IMG/VR virus record: IMGVR_UViG_3300015615_000196
Location: 298,604 to 362,603 of that record
Length of the DNA: 64,000 nucleotides
Strand: one strand, 5' to 3'
DNA from: a virus
Taxonomy: Duplodnaviria > Caudoviricetes
Shown here piece by piece: positions 32,873 through 44,180 of the stretch (position 1 is the first letter of the stretch; every line of letters begins with the position of its first letter). The notes beneath the pieces are model-generated. The model did no database searches, was not told where the DNA came from, and was given only the letters and a program-made list of their open reading frames with translations. The translations under genes and the position numbers were made by a program.

Positions 32873-35800
32873 GCAACAAAGCACATTTCATGAAACGCCT
32901 TTTTCAAAATCTATTGTACTTCATTGCAGTAAATGGAGTGGCGTATCTGGTCATTTCATTTCTCAATTGGTCTTTAAGCATTGCCGATTGGGGTGGCTTC
33001 TCTCGACTATTGATGGCGATCATATGGATTGTCATGGTCATTGCAACATACTCTGCGATGAAGACTGTTGTTCGAAACATTAAAGCCAAAGGATAAAATG
33101 GGAATGAAATTAACCATCGGTGGCAAATGCTCCGATATGTGTCATTCAAAGTTAACGACTGAGGATGGCGGTGTTGATTACGAGAAGGACGGCTACGTGC
33201 CGAAAGGATTGGGTGTCGGTGGTGGTGACTACATTGAATTCGAAGTTGATCTTGAGACAGGTCAAATCTTGAACTGGAAGAAACCAACCGATGAAGCAAT
33301 CCATGACTTCATTGAAAAATCAGAGTATCAAACAAATCATACATCAGGATGGGACGGACAGAATTAATACGCCAAATTCTCACGATGCATAATCACTTCG
33401 TGAAGGTCTACATGTCGAAGATATTCAGTAGCGATAACATGGCAGACAAACTTTTCAATCTGGAACTGCTGGATGTAAAGGCCGACAGGTTCTACATTGT
33501 CGAGCATCTTGCTACCACGAACACGGACTACGAGAACAAAACCTTCAAGCCGATGGTTGAAGTTCGTTATCATCTTCGCAGTCAGGAAGCACGAGCATAC
33601 GGAGACAAGCACAGTGCATTCTATGATCGTTACTTGAGTACGATTGCATTCGACTATGAATCAATTGAGAATCCCGAACAGTGGAAACAAGAACTACAGG
33701 AAGCGGTAACGAAACTCGAAGCCGAGAGAGAAGCACGTAAACAAACTGCATAATGAAAATCTACAAATCCTGTACTGCTGGAATCAGCGACAAACAATTC
33801 GAGCAACTTCATTGCAGTGGTCTTTCTACGTTCATTAGCTTTGCAAGGTTGATGAAAGAAAGCATAGGTTCAAACCTCAAACCCCATGAACGAATCCGGG
33901 GAATGGTGATTGATTCTGACGGAGTTACCCTCTATCTGGAAATCGTAAAATAGGGTAACCTTTGCCCTGTTTCTACGTATAAGTGATTAAACAACAGAAA
34001 CATGGCAAAGTACAAGATCACGTTCAAGCAATTTCTCAAGTTCTGTAAACAGAACGGACACGTTATTCCTACATGGCTGGACGAGACAATCTTTAAAGAA
34101 GCCCTTCAAGTCATGGAAGCACAAGGCAAACTTCATGTTTGCAAGTTCATCCTTGACAAATCAAAAGAGAACAACACCCGTGAACAGTTTGACCTGAAAT
34201 GGTCAAAGATTGCTGTGGCCGATGTTCTTGAACTGTACCGTGTACTTCCTGTCACAAGCAAAGATGCCAATTCGGTTACGGTGAACGTAGAAGAACTTCT
34301 TCGTGTACTCGAACCCTTCCGGGCAATGGCGAATGAATGCTTGTACAATTCCACCCTTCATCACGATCAAACGGTCTATGCATACAACAAAGCACAGATC
34401 ACAATGGAGAATCTTCGTGACGTGGAGAAACTTGTCAACGACCTTAAAAACCTCAAGTAACATGGAGCAAACATTCGATCAAGTTTGTCGCAACATTGAT
34501 TGGGGCAAAATGGAAAAGAGCAGGGTCACCGTAAAGAACTTGGTGAAAACAAATCCTTCCCTGCAATATCTGGAAAAGTTTCTGGAACAAATTGCTGACT
34601 CAGCAGTTGACGTGCACGGAATGCCATTGTCCAGTATTTATCCAAGAGCAACGCTTCAAGTAAAAGCGCACGGCAACAGGAATTAACCATGACCAACAAA
34701 GTGATAGTCGAGTTCGTAGAGGTTAGCCCTCTCGGAGAAGTTGAAGAGAAGCCCATCATGGCGTATGAGGCTCCATTCTATCCTTCATACCATGAGGGAG
34801 AAACTATCACACTGGAAAAAGAAGACGGCTTCATCGAAGACGAAGAAGATGACGATAAAGCCCACCACTACACAATCGTAGACATTCACCATTCTGTACG
34901 TCAGCAAATCCGTAGCGAGTACTCTGTAAAATCGCAGGTGAAGATGAAGGTTTTCCTTCGTAGAAGCTAATGACTGCACGACCCAAAAAAACTGAATTGA
35001 TTCGTCTCATTCAGACATTGAAGCTACCAGAACAAAGGTATCGAAGCCTTCAAAAGATCGGTCTTACCAAATACAATAAAACCCAATGGGCATGGAATGA
35101 GGGGCATTTGAAGCTATTAACTCACGAAACCCTGTTCAATATTTTCCAAGAACTTTCCAAACCTTTGACCCCGGAATCCGTATAAGTCTGTAAACAACAG
35201 AAATATGGATACGACAATTCAAACAACGATTTTTGGCTGGCCCCTCTTTTTGATATTCGCCAGCGTATTTCTCCTGAACTTCTTGATCGCACGTTACATG
35301 ACCATCCGGCTTCTGCAAAAGAAGTACATCAAGAAAGGTTCACCCGAATTCAAGAAAGCAGTGATCGCATGGTTCATGCCGATTGTCGGTGCACTTGGAT
35401 TGTGGATGCTCCTGTGGACACATCATGTCATTGCATTCTGGAAGTCGATCAGCAAGAAACTTTTCCTTAACCACGTTTGATTATGGAGACAAGAGAATTG
35501 ATCCGCAATTTCAGACAAAGTTTTGTTGCGACAGCAGAGAACATTGAAAAACTGGTTGACGACACGAAGGACTGGACTGCATCAGAAATGTCATCGGTCT
35601 CAATTGCATTGGGCATGACAGCAGGTTGTCTTTATGCACTCAAGATGGAACAGAAGTACGGAAAAAAAGTTAGCTTCTAATGAGACGAATTCGCAGAACA
35701 TATCAACGACCAACAAACGCCACTGGACAACTAATGATTTGGCGTAGTGGCTTCGGTCACGATCTGGTTGAAGTGCAAAGTACGAAGGAAATTCTTTATG

Positions 35801-36337
35801 CTCACATCAGCGTAAAATTTCTCACTGGTTTCAGTGTAGGTCAAATCGGTCTCATTCCAGAATCACAGTTGAGAGACACGACACGTCAAACCTTTGAAAG
35901 GTACGATAACTTTGTAGCATCAAGATAATGGCACGGAAACCGAAACTTGCAAACTTCACATTTCAAAAAGTTGACACGTTGTTCAACGAGAGTGTGATCA
36001 TGGTCTTACGCAACAAAGACAAAAAGCACATTGCATCGATTGGTGATAGTCACCGATACGAAATGATAACGGAAGGATTCAATCCTGACGACAACCAGAG
36101 CATTCTGGATTACTTGGCACAGTGGCACTATCTTGACGAAATACCATGAGGAAAATCTTAATTAAGTTTTACAAGCAATGGCGTGAATACGTTCTCGCTA
36201 TGAAGATCAGAGAGATCAGAAGAAAGTATGCTGAGTTGTACGGTCTTATCACCGATGGCTCATGGGAAAGACTCTGCCACTTTCAAAAGATGGAACAGGA
36301 AGAAATAAATTCTTTGAAAAGTAGTTGGAAATAAACC

Positions 36338-36364
36338 AACCTTTCAATACGTTTGTACGTATAA
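36338..36364 (+). promoter_or_regulatory. phage promoter AACCTTT..CGTATAA driving the large ncRNA
   Basis: Motif match; no credible ORF follows for about 600 nt. Confidence 0.7.
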
Positions 36365-36374
36365 CTACATATGA

Positions 36375-36935
36375 TCAAAACCCTGCCGGACAGTCGAGTG
36401 TTAATGGCCAGCACGGTTCCCACTGACGGGAGCAAGTTTGAGTTCGAATCTCATGTCAGTCGTTAGAAGGTAGGTGAGATCATATAGCAGTGACCATTGG
36501 CAATTTGGTGTAACAGAAGCACATCGGTTTCCCCGAAGGAGTGAGTGTTGCGATTCTCACGATTGCCGGAAAGATGGTCACGAAGAAAAGCCCTGATAAT
36601 GCAATGGCTGTCACCAGAGCAAAACAGGCAGTAGGGTTGACAGACTCTATGGGGTAAAAATGACCCCGTTGGCGCATAGGGAGATAGGCTCGAAAGAGTA
36701 CGGCCTGACAAAATTCGGGTAAGATCAACCCGGAGACTTGCGACAATGAAACCCTACAGGGTGCAAGAACACGGTGAATAGACTATACGGTAACCATCCC
36801 GACAACAGCCGTGATCCCTGTATGCGCGAATACGTTGGTCGTATACGTGACAGGTGGCCTCATATGCCCCTTCGAAAACGCCTACTAATCCCCTGCGGAA
36901 GGTCGCCAAAATGACCTGAAACAGGGGATTTTTTA
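36375..36935 (+). ncRNA. candidate large structured ncRNA with two tRNA-like domains
   Basis: Non-coding gap in a gene-dense region, with its own promoter and terminator, GC-richer than its flanks, many stems, a GAAA tetraloop and long-range 5'/3' pairing. Confidence 0.7.
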
Positions 36936-36936
36936 T
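36887..36936 (+). terminator. intrinsic terminator (branched stem)
   Basis: AATCCCCTG/CAGGGGATT enclosing AGGTC/GACCT, followed by a T-run. Confidence 0.65.
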
Positions 36937-37023
36937 TTCAAAAATATTTCAAAAAAGTGAAACCTTGTCCTGCCCACCCCCGTATAATCACACAAGAAAC
37001 AACAACAACTAAACAACAGAAAC

Positions 37024-39219
37024 ATGAAAGTAGAAGTAGCTTACAACGATCAGGAAGTAGAAATCGCAGGTGTAGAGAAAACACAGGCTTTCGGCTTCTC
37101 AAAGGATGCAGAAGAAATGATCTTCTCGATGTTCACCAAGAACATCTATTCCAACCCCATCGGCTCTATCGTCAGGGAAATCACTTCAAACTGCTTTGAC
37201 TCCCACAAGGAAGCAGGAGTGAATGAGCCAGTTATCGTTCGCCTCTCCCGTGAAAACAATGACTACTACATTTCCTTCGTTGACGTTGGAATGGGTATGT
37301 CCCGCGAACGCATCACCAAAGTTTATTCAAAGTATTTCGAATCAACCAAGCGTAACGACAACAATCAGATCGGTGGCTTCGGTATCGGTGGCAAGACTCC
37401 CCTTGCGTATGCCGAAAGTTTCTTCCTGATCACGACATTCAATCACATCCGTTACACGTACAACATCCGCAAAGGAAAAACCTCTCCGGTTCTTGACTTG
37501 CTGGACACAAAGAAGACCAACGACCACAATGGCACGGTCATCAAAGTACCTGTACGTTCCTCTGACATTTCCAGCTTCGAGCGTGAGATCAACCGTCAGT
37601 TGTATTACTTCGAGAACGTTATCTTCGAAGGCTTCTCAACGACAGTTCAGAACGACTACAAGATCATCGAAGGCAAAACGTTCCTGTATCGTGGTAACAG
37701 CTACAACTCTGCAATGCACATTTGCTTGGGACGTGTTGCTTACCCTATCGATTACAGTGTGTTTGAAAACCTGTACTCGAACGACTACAACGTTCCGGTT
37801 GCCATCAAGTTCAACATCGGTGAGATCAACGTCACTGCTTCTCGTGAAGCAATCGACTACACTCCTGCAACGAAGAAGTTGATCGTGAAGAAACTTCAAG
37901 AAGCAAAGGCTGAATTGGTTGGTATGCTTGACAAGCAACACGAAAAGATCAGCACTCTCGAAGAGTACTATCGCATGGAAGATTCAGCAGCAGTTCTTTG
38001 GTTGACATCAGATCGCATGGTGAACATCAACTCCCTGCTCGAAGGTCGCAGACAGCCGATCATCTTCAAGAAATTGGATTGCTTGGCATTGCCTTCTCAA
38101 TCAGAGATCATCCACCAGTTCTACAACGTGTCGATGTTCGGCAAGAAAGGTCGCAGAGATCACACTTGGGACAAGTCACTGAAAAGCGTAGGCAATGAGC
38201 ACGTATACTTCGTGAACGAAGAAGAAGAAATGCCCCGGAAGAAGAATGCGTACATGAAGCAAACGTTCAAACACTTCTACGCAATCGGTCGTAAAGACTT
38301 CGCAATCTTCGAAACGAAAGCGTTGATCAAGAGACTGACTCCTGAGAAAAGCATCCAGCCTTCAAAGACTATCTTCAAGCAGTTCCGCTTGCTGAAAGAT
38401 GAAGTCTACACGATGGTTGAACGCTTGGCAAAGAAGTACGCCAGCATCACAGTACCAGATGGTTTCGTTGCAACACAATCACGTTACAACCCGAACTACG
38501 AACTTCCTGTAACTTACGATGGACGTTACGGCTTCGACAAGACCCGTCTCAAACTTGCAGAGATAGCTGCTTCGAAAGCAACAATCTTCTACACGGACAC
38601 GGATGGTGAAGGTAGCATGAAGTGGGCGCAGAACCAATACGAAACGCTCTTCAAACCTGAAAGCGATAAGAGGTTCGTCCTGTTCAACAGTGACTATCAC
38701 TCTAAGCCTGTACGCTTCATCATGGTATCAAAGACGAACTTGAAGTTCATCCAAGAACTTCCGAACGTGAAGCCACTGACTGAGTTCAACAAGATGTTGC
38801 TCCGCAAGCGTGGTGAAGTGATCAAGTACATCGAGAAGCGCAAGTTTAGCGAACGCTACGGCAATCAGCACTCACTGTTCCTCAACGAACCTTTGTTCCG
38901 CACGTTGGACACTGCATACTCTCAAGTGTTGAGCAAGCTGAACAAGAATGCAACGTACTACAACGGTGTGCCGAACTACTCACTGAACATCGATCCTGAG
39001 TTCTCTCCTTTGCTCAAGGTCATGAACATCAAGTATGACACGGTTCAATACGCAGGTGCTGACTTGCTTGACAAAGTTGAGCAGAAAATTGTGAAGAACG
39101 GAAAGTTGAAATTCGTGCGAATCAACAACGATTTCGACCCTTCTGACAAAAACAGTCACTACGGCACGGAAGATATTGACAACATTCTGCAACTTTTGAA
39201 AGCAGTTTACGTAAAATAA
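37024..39219 (+). CDS. rIIA: rIIA-like protein (N-terminal GHKL ATPase)
   Basis: IYSNPIGSIVREITSNCFDSH, D.G.GMS, STK...QIGGFGIGGK, NGT, VTASREAI; paired with an rIIB-like gene. Confidence 0.85.
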   Translation: MKVEVAYNDQEVEIAGVEKTQAFGFSKDAEEMIFSMFTKNIYSNPIGSIVREITSNCFDSHKEAGVNEPVIVRLSRENNDYYISFVDVGMGMSRERITKVYSKYFESTKRNDNNQIGGFGIGGKTPLAYAESFFLITTFNHIRYTYNIRKGKTSPVLDLLDTKKTNDHNGTVIKVPVRSSDISSFEREINRQLYYFENVIFEGFSTTVQNDYKIIEGKTFLYRGNSYNSAMHICLGRVAYPIDYSVFENLYSNDYNVPVAIKFNIGEINVTASREAIDYTPATKKLIVKKLQEAKAELVGMLDKQHEKISTLEEYYRMEDSAAVLWLTSDRMVNINSLLEGRRQPIIFKKLDCLALPSQSEIIHQFYNVSMFGKKGRRDHTWDKSLKSVGNEHVYFVNEEEEMPRKKNAYMKQTFKHFYAIGRKDFAIFETKALIKRLTPEKSIQPSKTIFKQFRLLKDEVYTMVERLAKKYASITVPDGFVATQSRYNPNYELPVTYDGRYGFDKTRLKLAEIAASKATIFYTDTDGEGSMKWAQNQYETLFKPESDKRFVLFNSDYHSKPVRFIMVSKTNLKFIQELPNVKPLTEFNKMLLRKRGEVIKYIEKRKFSERYGNQHSLFLNEPLFRTLDTAYSQVLSKLNKNATYYNGVPNYSLNIDPEFSPLLKVMNIKYDTVQYAGADLLDKVEQKIVKNGKLKFVRINNDFDPSDKNSHYGTEDIDNILQLLKAVYVK

Positions 39220-39252
39220 GTTACCTTTGTAATAACAACTAAACAACAGAAT

Positions 39253-40536
39253 ATGAATAACATCATCGGAACGAAAATCGGTAACTTGGTGAACCTTGTG
39301 ATCGATGGTAACGCATGGCAAAAGACCTTCGAGTCACAAGATGAAGCAAACGCCTTCTTCAAACTGATCCACAAGGCACGTACAGGTGATAAGGATGCAT
39401 TCAACGAACTTCTCACCGCCCTGAACCGCAGGTATAAGACCGTGATCAACGGCATCCTTGAGAAAGATTCAGACGAGAACTACTACCTCAAAGGTATCGA
39501 CATCAAACTTCCCTCTCTCCTTGCAGACACTTTCGTTGACTACATTGAGAACGATTTCCCGGTGGATGCACTGGTGAACTTCTGGAAGTTGCTCCTGACC
39601 AATCCTGATCCCCGTGTTCGCGAAGACCTGTTCAAGTTCCTGCAAGAGTACAACTTCGCCATCACTGACAACGGTTACTTCGTAGCCTACAAAGCAGTGG
39701 AAGCGAAGAACACAACGGGTGAAGACCTTGCTGCCTTCGTCTCCAATCAGTACTTGAAAATCAAGAAGTGGAAGAAGAACCCGGCCAACTACGAAGTTGC
39801 CCGTATCTTGACGGAGATCACCGAAGAAGTTGAGAACCCTGCCTACGAATACTTCGGAGACATCGATGATGAAGATGACGAGAACTACGGACAGGAAGAC
39901 AACGGTGAAGATGAATTCATCGAAGAGACACGTAACGAGTATTCGTTCAAACTCTTCCCTGCCGGAGAAATCAATCTGGAAGATGACCAACAACTTGAAA
40001 AAGTGTATGGTAATCTCTCTGACCTGTTCAAGAACATCGACTCACTGATCGACAACCGTACCGTGTACCAGTCGAAGCACAGTGGCAAGAACGGAAAGGT
40101 TGAGCAAGTGTTGGGTGTGCCTGTGAAGATGGAACGCATCGAAACAAACGTTGACCCGAAAGTTGAATGCTCGTCTGGTCTGCACGTTGGAAGCACCAAG
40201 TACGTTGAGAATTTCAGCAGTGGTGATGATCGCATCCTTCAAGTTCTCGTCAACCCTGCACACGTTGTTGCAGTGCCTGAGTACGACAACTCAAAGTTGC
40301 GCACCTGTGAGTACTTCCCTTACGCAGAACTTGGGCGCAAGGAAGACAGCAAAGAGTTCGAAGTTCTGGAATCACCTTACTTCGAAGACGAGTACATGAA
40401 GTACGAGAAGGCTGACCTTGAAGCACAATTGGCAGATGTTCAACCCGGACGTGAAGTGTCGGAGGATGCCAAGGTGAACTACAAGAAGATTCTTGAGGAA
40501 AGAGTAATCTACCTTGAGGGTGCATTGAAAAAGTAA
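39253..40536 (+). CDS. rIIB: rIIB-like protein
   Basis: LVNFW..L..NPD..V...LFKFL, ITDNGYFVAYKAV, CSSGLHVG, VNPAHVVAVP.Y..SKLRTCEY. Confidence 0.85.
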   Translation: MNNIIGTKIGNLVNLVIDGNAWQKTFESQDEANAFFKLIHKARTGDKDAFNELLTALNRRYKTVINGILEKDSDENYYLKGIDIKLPSLLADTFVDYIENDFPVDALVNFWKLLLTNPDPRVREDLFKFLQEYNFAITDNGYFVAYKAVEAKNTTGEDLAAFVSNQYLKIKKWKKNPANYEVARILTEITEEVENPAYEYFGDIDDEDDENYGQEDNGEDEFIEETRNEYSFKLFPAGEINLEDDQQLEKVYGNLSDLFKNIDSLIDNRTVYQSKHSGKNGKVEQVLGVPVKMERIETNVDPKVECSSGLHVGSTKYVENFSSGDDRILQVLVNPAHVVAVPEYDNSKLRTCEYFPYAELGRKEDSKEFEVLESPYFEDEYMKYEKADLEAQLADVQPGREVSEDAKVNYKKILEERVIYLEGALKK

Positions 40537-40558
40537 TTTCTGTTGTTTCATATGTTGG

Positions 40559-40586
40559 AAAGGGGATGGGCAACCATCCCTTTTTT
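40559..40586 (+). terminator. intrinsic terminator after rIIB
   Basis: GGGATGG-GCAA-CCATCCC followed by a T-run. Confidence 0.8.
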
Positions 40587-42173
40587 CCGTTTAAAGTGAA
40601 ACCTTTGGCCTTGAAATGCGTATAATAGGGTATGATCCAGTTATTCAAAAATAAGGGAAAAGAGGCTCAAAAACAGTCAGAATTGGCCACCGAGATAAAG
40701 CGGAGGGCTGAGGTCAACGTGGAAGCACGGAGAATGGCCGTTCAACTTGGGAGCCAAAGCAAGCAGGACACGAAGTCCGCGATCCAGAAGATCGATGAAA
40801 TCTTAGATAAGGTTTCTGGCTTCGAGAACAGCAAGATCACTACCTTGTGTGAGTTGATGATCGCTCTGGAAACTGGCGATACCAAAAACTTAATCCAGTT
40901 TTTGAAGAAGGGTGATAAGGTCGTCAGGGTAAAGTCCAAGAAGAAATTCTAATGGACGCAACAGCACGAGCATTGGCGAACGAAGCACAACACGGCACGA
41001 TTGATTTAGCTGGCCATAAGACGAACTTTCTGGTGGCTCATGAATATGCAGACTTCATCGAGTTCCTTCAAGACAAGTTGGGATTCGATGAAGTTAAGTC
41101 TTTACAGAAAGAGTTTGAGGTGTGGAATGAGAAGCAGTCGAAACCAAAGAAAGAAAAGAAGCCCACGAAGAAAGAATTGTTCTCGGAGATTACCCCTGAG
41201 AATCTTCAATTACTTCCTGTAGATCAACGCACGAACAAAAACCTTCAAAAGCTACTGGACTGGCAAACAGAGTATAGCCATGTGAGTTGGAAACAATTCG
41301 ATGATAACTGGTGGCGTTGCTCCCTATGTGGAACTTATACTGACGAATCAACTTGTATCTGCTACGCACGATGAAAACAGAAAGCAAAATACCCGCAGGT
41401 GAATACAACGATGCACCAGAGGGATTAAAAGAAATCACACTCAAGGAATGGACACGGGGAATGTTCCTGTACTGCCTTGAGATCGCACAGAGCAAACAAG
41501 TGCGTGAACCAAAGAACAACCGTTACTACGACCTTCGTCTGTTTGACGTGCCAAACTTCGATAACAAGAAACTTGGCTTCGCAGTGATGGATGATTGGTT
41601 CGATCCTGAAACTCGTAAGAGCCGTCCTGAACGTATTACTCGCTTCTGCCGATACGGAAGTGATGCAGACTGGAAGTCATTCGAGAGTCGCTTTGCAGCA
41701 CAATTTGCTGGCGACAATTCCTAACGTCAAAAACTTAATTACATTTTTATGTCTACTACCCCGAAATCCGGATTCGGTCTTGTAATCAAGACAAGCGAAT
41801 ACACTGGAAACTTTGAACGCGAAATGTGTGCGTTCCTCACTGGTCATGTTGGCGAGTGTGAAGTTGGTAATGACCTTACGAGAGTATTACCAAACAAGCC
41901 TGACTTCGAAAACCTGCAACAAGTTCCTGATGAACACGGTTGCCATCGCCCTGTATCACTGGACGAAATCGATCCCAACAACCTGATCATCTTCTTCGAG
42001 TCGAAACCTACGCAAGAACAAATCGACTGGATAAAAGAACACGCACAGGAGTACGACACAATCAGACGTACCAAAGGTCGTATGGCACAGTTCTACAAGG
42101 ATGCAAAGAAGATCGAAGTACTTGGCTTTGGTCTGATTGAGTACAAGCATTCAACTCAAGCACTTGAACTTTA

Positions 42174-42578
42174 ATGAAGAAGACATACATTGCACTTGAC
42201 GGTGAGCCACACGAGTACGACTTCCCTGATCACGACATAAGCAAGTACGATAGACTCTTTCATGTTACACTGAAAGGAAACGTACCTTCGATTGAAGAAC
42301 GTGGATTGCTGGTAAAGCAACCAACATACAAGTCCCTTGTTGAAACGGACTTGTTGTTCTTTTCATATCCTATCAGTGGTGACACTACTGACCTGTTTCG
42401 CTTCTACGAAGAAACACATGCAGTGGTTGTACTGGATGCAAAGAAACTGCATGAAGCAGGGTATCAGTTCTACGATGATGCGTTCTCCCGGCAGGACGTG
42501 AGCAGCAAACGCAACCATCTGGCCACTGACAGAGACATCCCCAAAGAATTCATTATTAAGACCTTGACATTTGAATAG
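42174..42578 (+). CDS. ADP-ribosyltransferase-fold protein (Tpt1/KptA C-domain-like)
   Basis: LFHVT...VPSIEERGL, FFS, VVLDAKKL..AG..FY, DIP.EFI pattern. Confidence 0.5.
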   Translation: MKKTYIALDGEPHEYDFPDHDISKYDRLFHVTLKGNVPSIEERGLLVKQPTYKSLVETDLLFFSYPISGDTTDLFRFYEETHAVVVLDAKKLHEAGYQFYDDAFSRQDVSSKRNHLATDRDIPKEFIIKTLTFE

Positions 42579-44180
42579 AAACCTCTAACTTTGGATTATG
42601 GTTCTTATGTGGAAAGTATACGCAAAATGGTACGACAGTCAAAATGACGCGACCAAAGAGGTTATCAAAAACTTATTTAAGAAACACGATCACCTCTACT
42701 ATTCATCGAGTACTGGTAAAGTGCAATCAATGAAATGAGAAATACCATCTACTACGAAGAAAAGATTTCGGTAGTCCACGACACCTATAAACGTGAGTTG
42801 ACGTGGAAGGATGTTCTTGCTGTCAAAGATAAACTGATCGAAAACGATGTGATCAAGGGATTCAGGTGGGAAGAAATTGATGCCAACCAAAATCCTTTCA
42901 GCATGGCAATGCCTGATGATCCACCAAACTATCAATACATCCTTTACCTTATCTTAGAACGTAAACGACTTGAGAACGATGAAGAGTTTGTTGAACGTCT
43001 AAGGAAAGAAGAACAACGGAAACAAGAACAAGAAAAACAAGACCGAGAAACTTACCTGAGATTGAAAGCAAAATTTGAATAATGGAAACCAACGACATCA
43101 AGAAATCTCTCTACAAAGAAAAAACGAAAGCAACACTGTTGTATATTCGAAAAGGCACTGCCTATTATTGCACTACGTTATTCAGTGGAGCGAAGATTTA
43201 TTTTGATATTCCAGTGAGTGACATGGGTGATGCTGACTTCACTCCTGAAATGGAAGCCAAGCTACTCATTCGTTGGATAAGCACATACACTCCACCCCCA
43301 AATCAAATCGTTGTTGATCTTGAGACCAGTGGTTTAAATCCAACTCTATGAGCCGAGTAACAACATTCGGTATTCATCCGAAGACAAAAGAAGCACATGA
43401 AGTAGCTTACGGTTGGGACACGGTTCCGGGATTTTTACCCGGATATTTTTTTCAGGTGTTCGACAACGAAGACCCTGACAAGTCACTCGTGAACGAAGGC
43501 TTCTTGAATGGCATTGGTGTTGTTCGATTAGCTGAGTTGAAGAAAGAGTGGAAGGTGGACTATTGGGAAATGATTCATGCACACGTAGAAGGAACGGGCT
43601 TCTGTTCATTCCCTCACCACATGATCGAAGTGTCTCCAACTTACCATCAAATCGTTGAAGAAGGAATGGCAATCGTTCCTACGATCATAGAGTACTTGAA
43701 GAAGACCAACACTGGCATGAACGTGTTGATGCTTCTGATGGTCATTACCAAAGAGCAACCATATAAACCAGAACCAATTCTGGTAGATGGCAAAGAAGTG
43801 GAAGGCTTCGTTGGATATGATATTCGTGATGCGAGAAAAGCGTGGATCGAATGGGGTAAAAAATTAAATGAGTAATGGAGAACCTTGTTCAATTATTGCA
43901 CAAGCAACAAGCACTGATTAAACAAGGCGTGTCCATCTTAGTCAAGCACTACGAATCAGGTACGTTTAGTTTCGTGGTGCAGAAACATAATGGTGATGCA
44001 ACTGGTTGGACGAAAATTTCTCCGTTCATGAACAAAGGTTGTTACACATACGAAGAAGCACTTGAAGCAGGGTTTGAATGGTATGAGAAGCACAAACTTG
44101 AAGAAGAGAAAATTGGGGATAAGGTGAAGGTTGCAACTGGTTCTGATTTCGGAAGCATGGTCAAAGTTAAATTATAAAAC

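Noticed and set aside
36463-36746. Minus-strand ORFs of 82 and 88 aa in the ncRNA region
   Set aside because: Antisense to the local promoter, atypical composition, and overlapping dense RNA structure.
36890-36925. Hammerhead-like CTGCGGA...GAAAC
   Set aside because: The core deviates from CUGANGA and the stem topology does not fit; it reads as a terminator.
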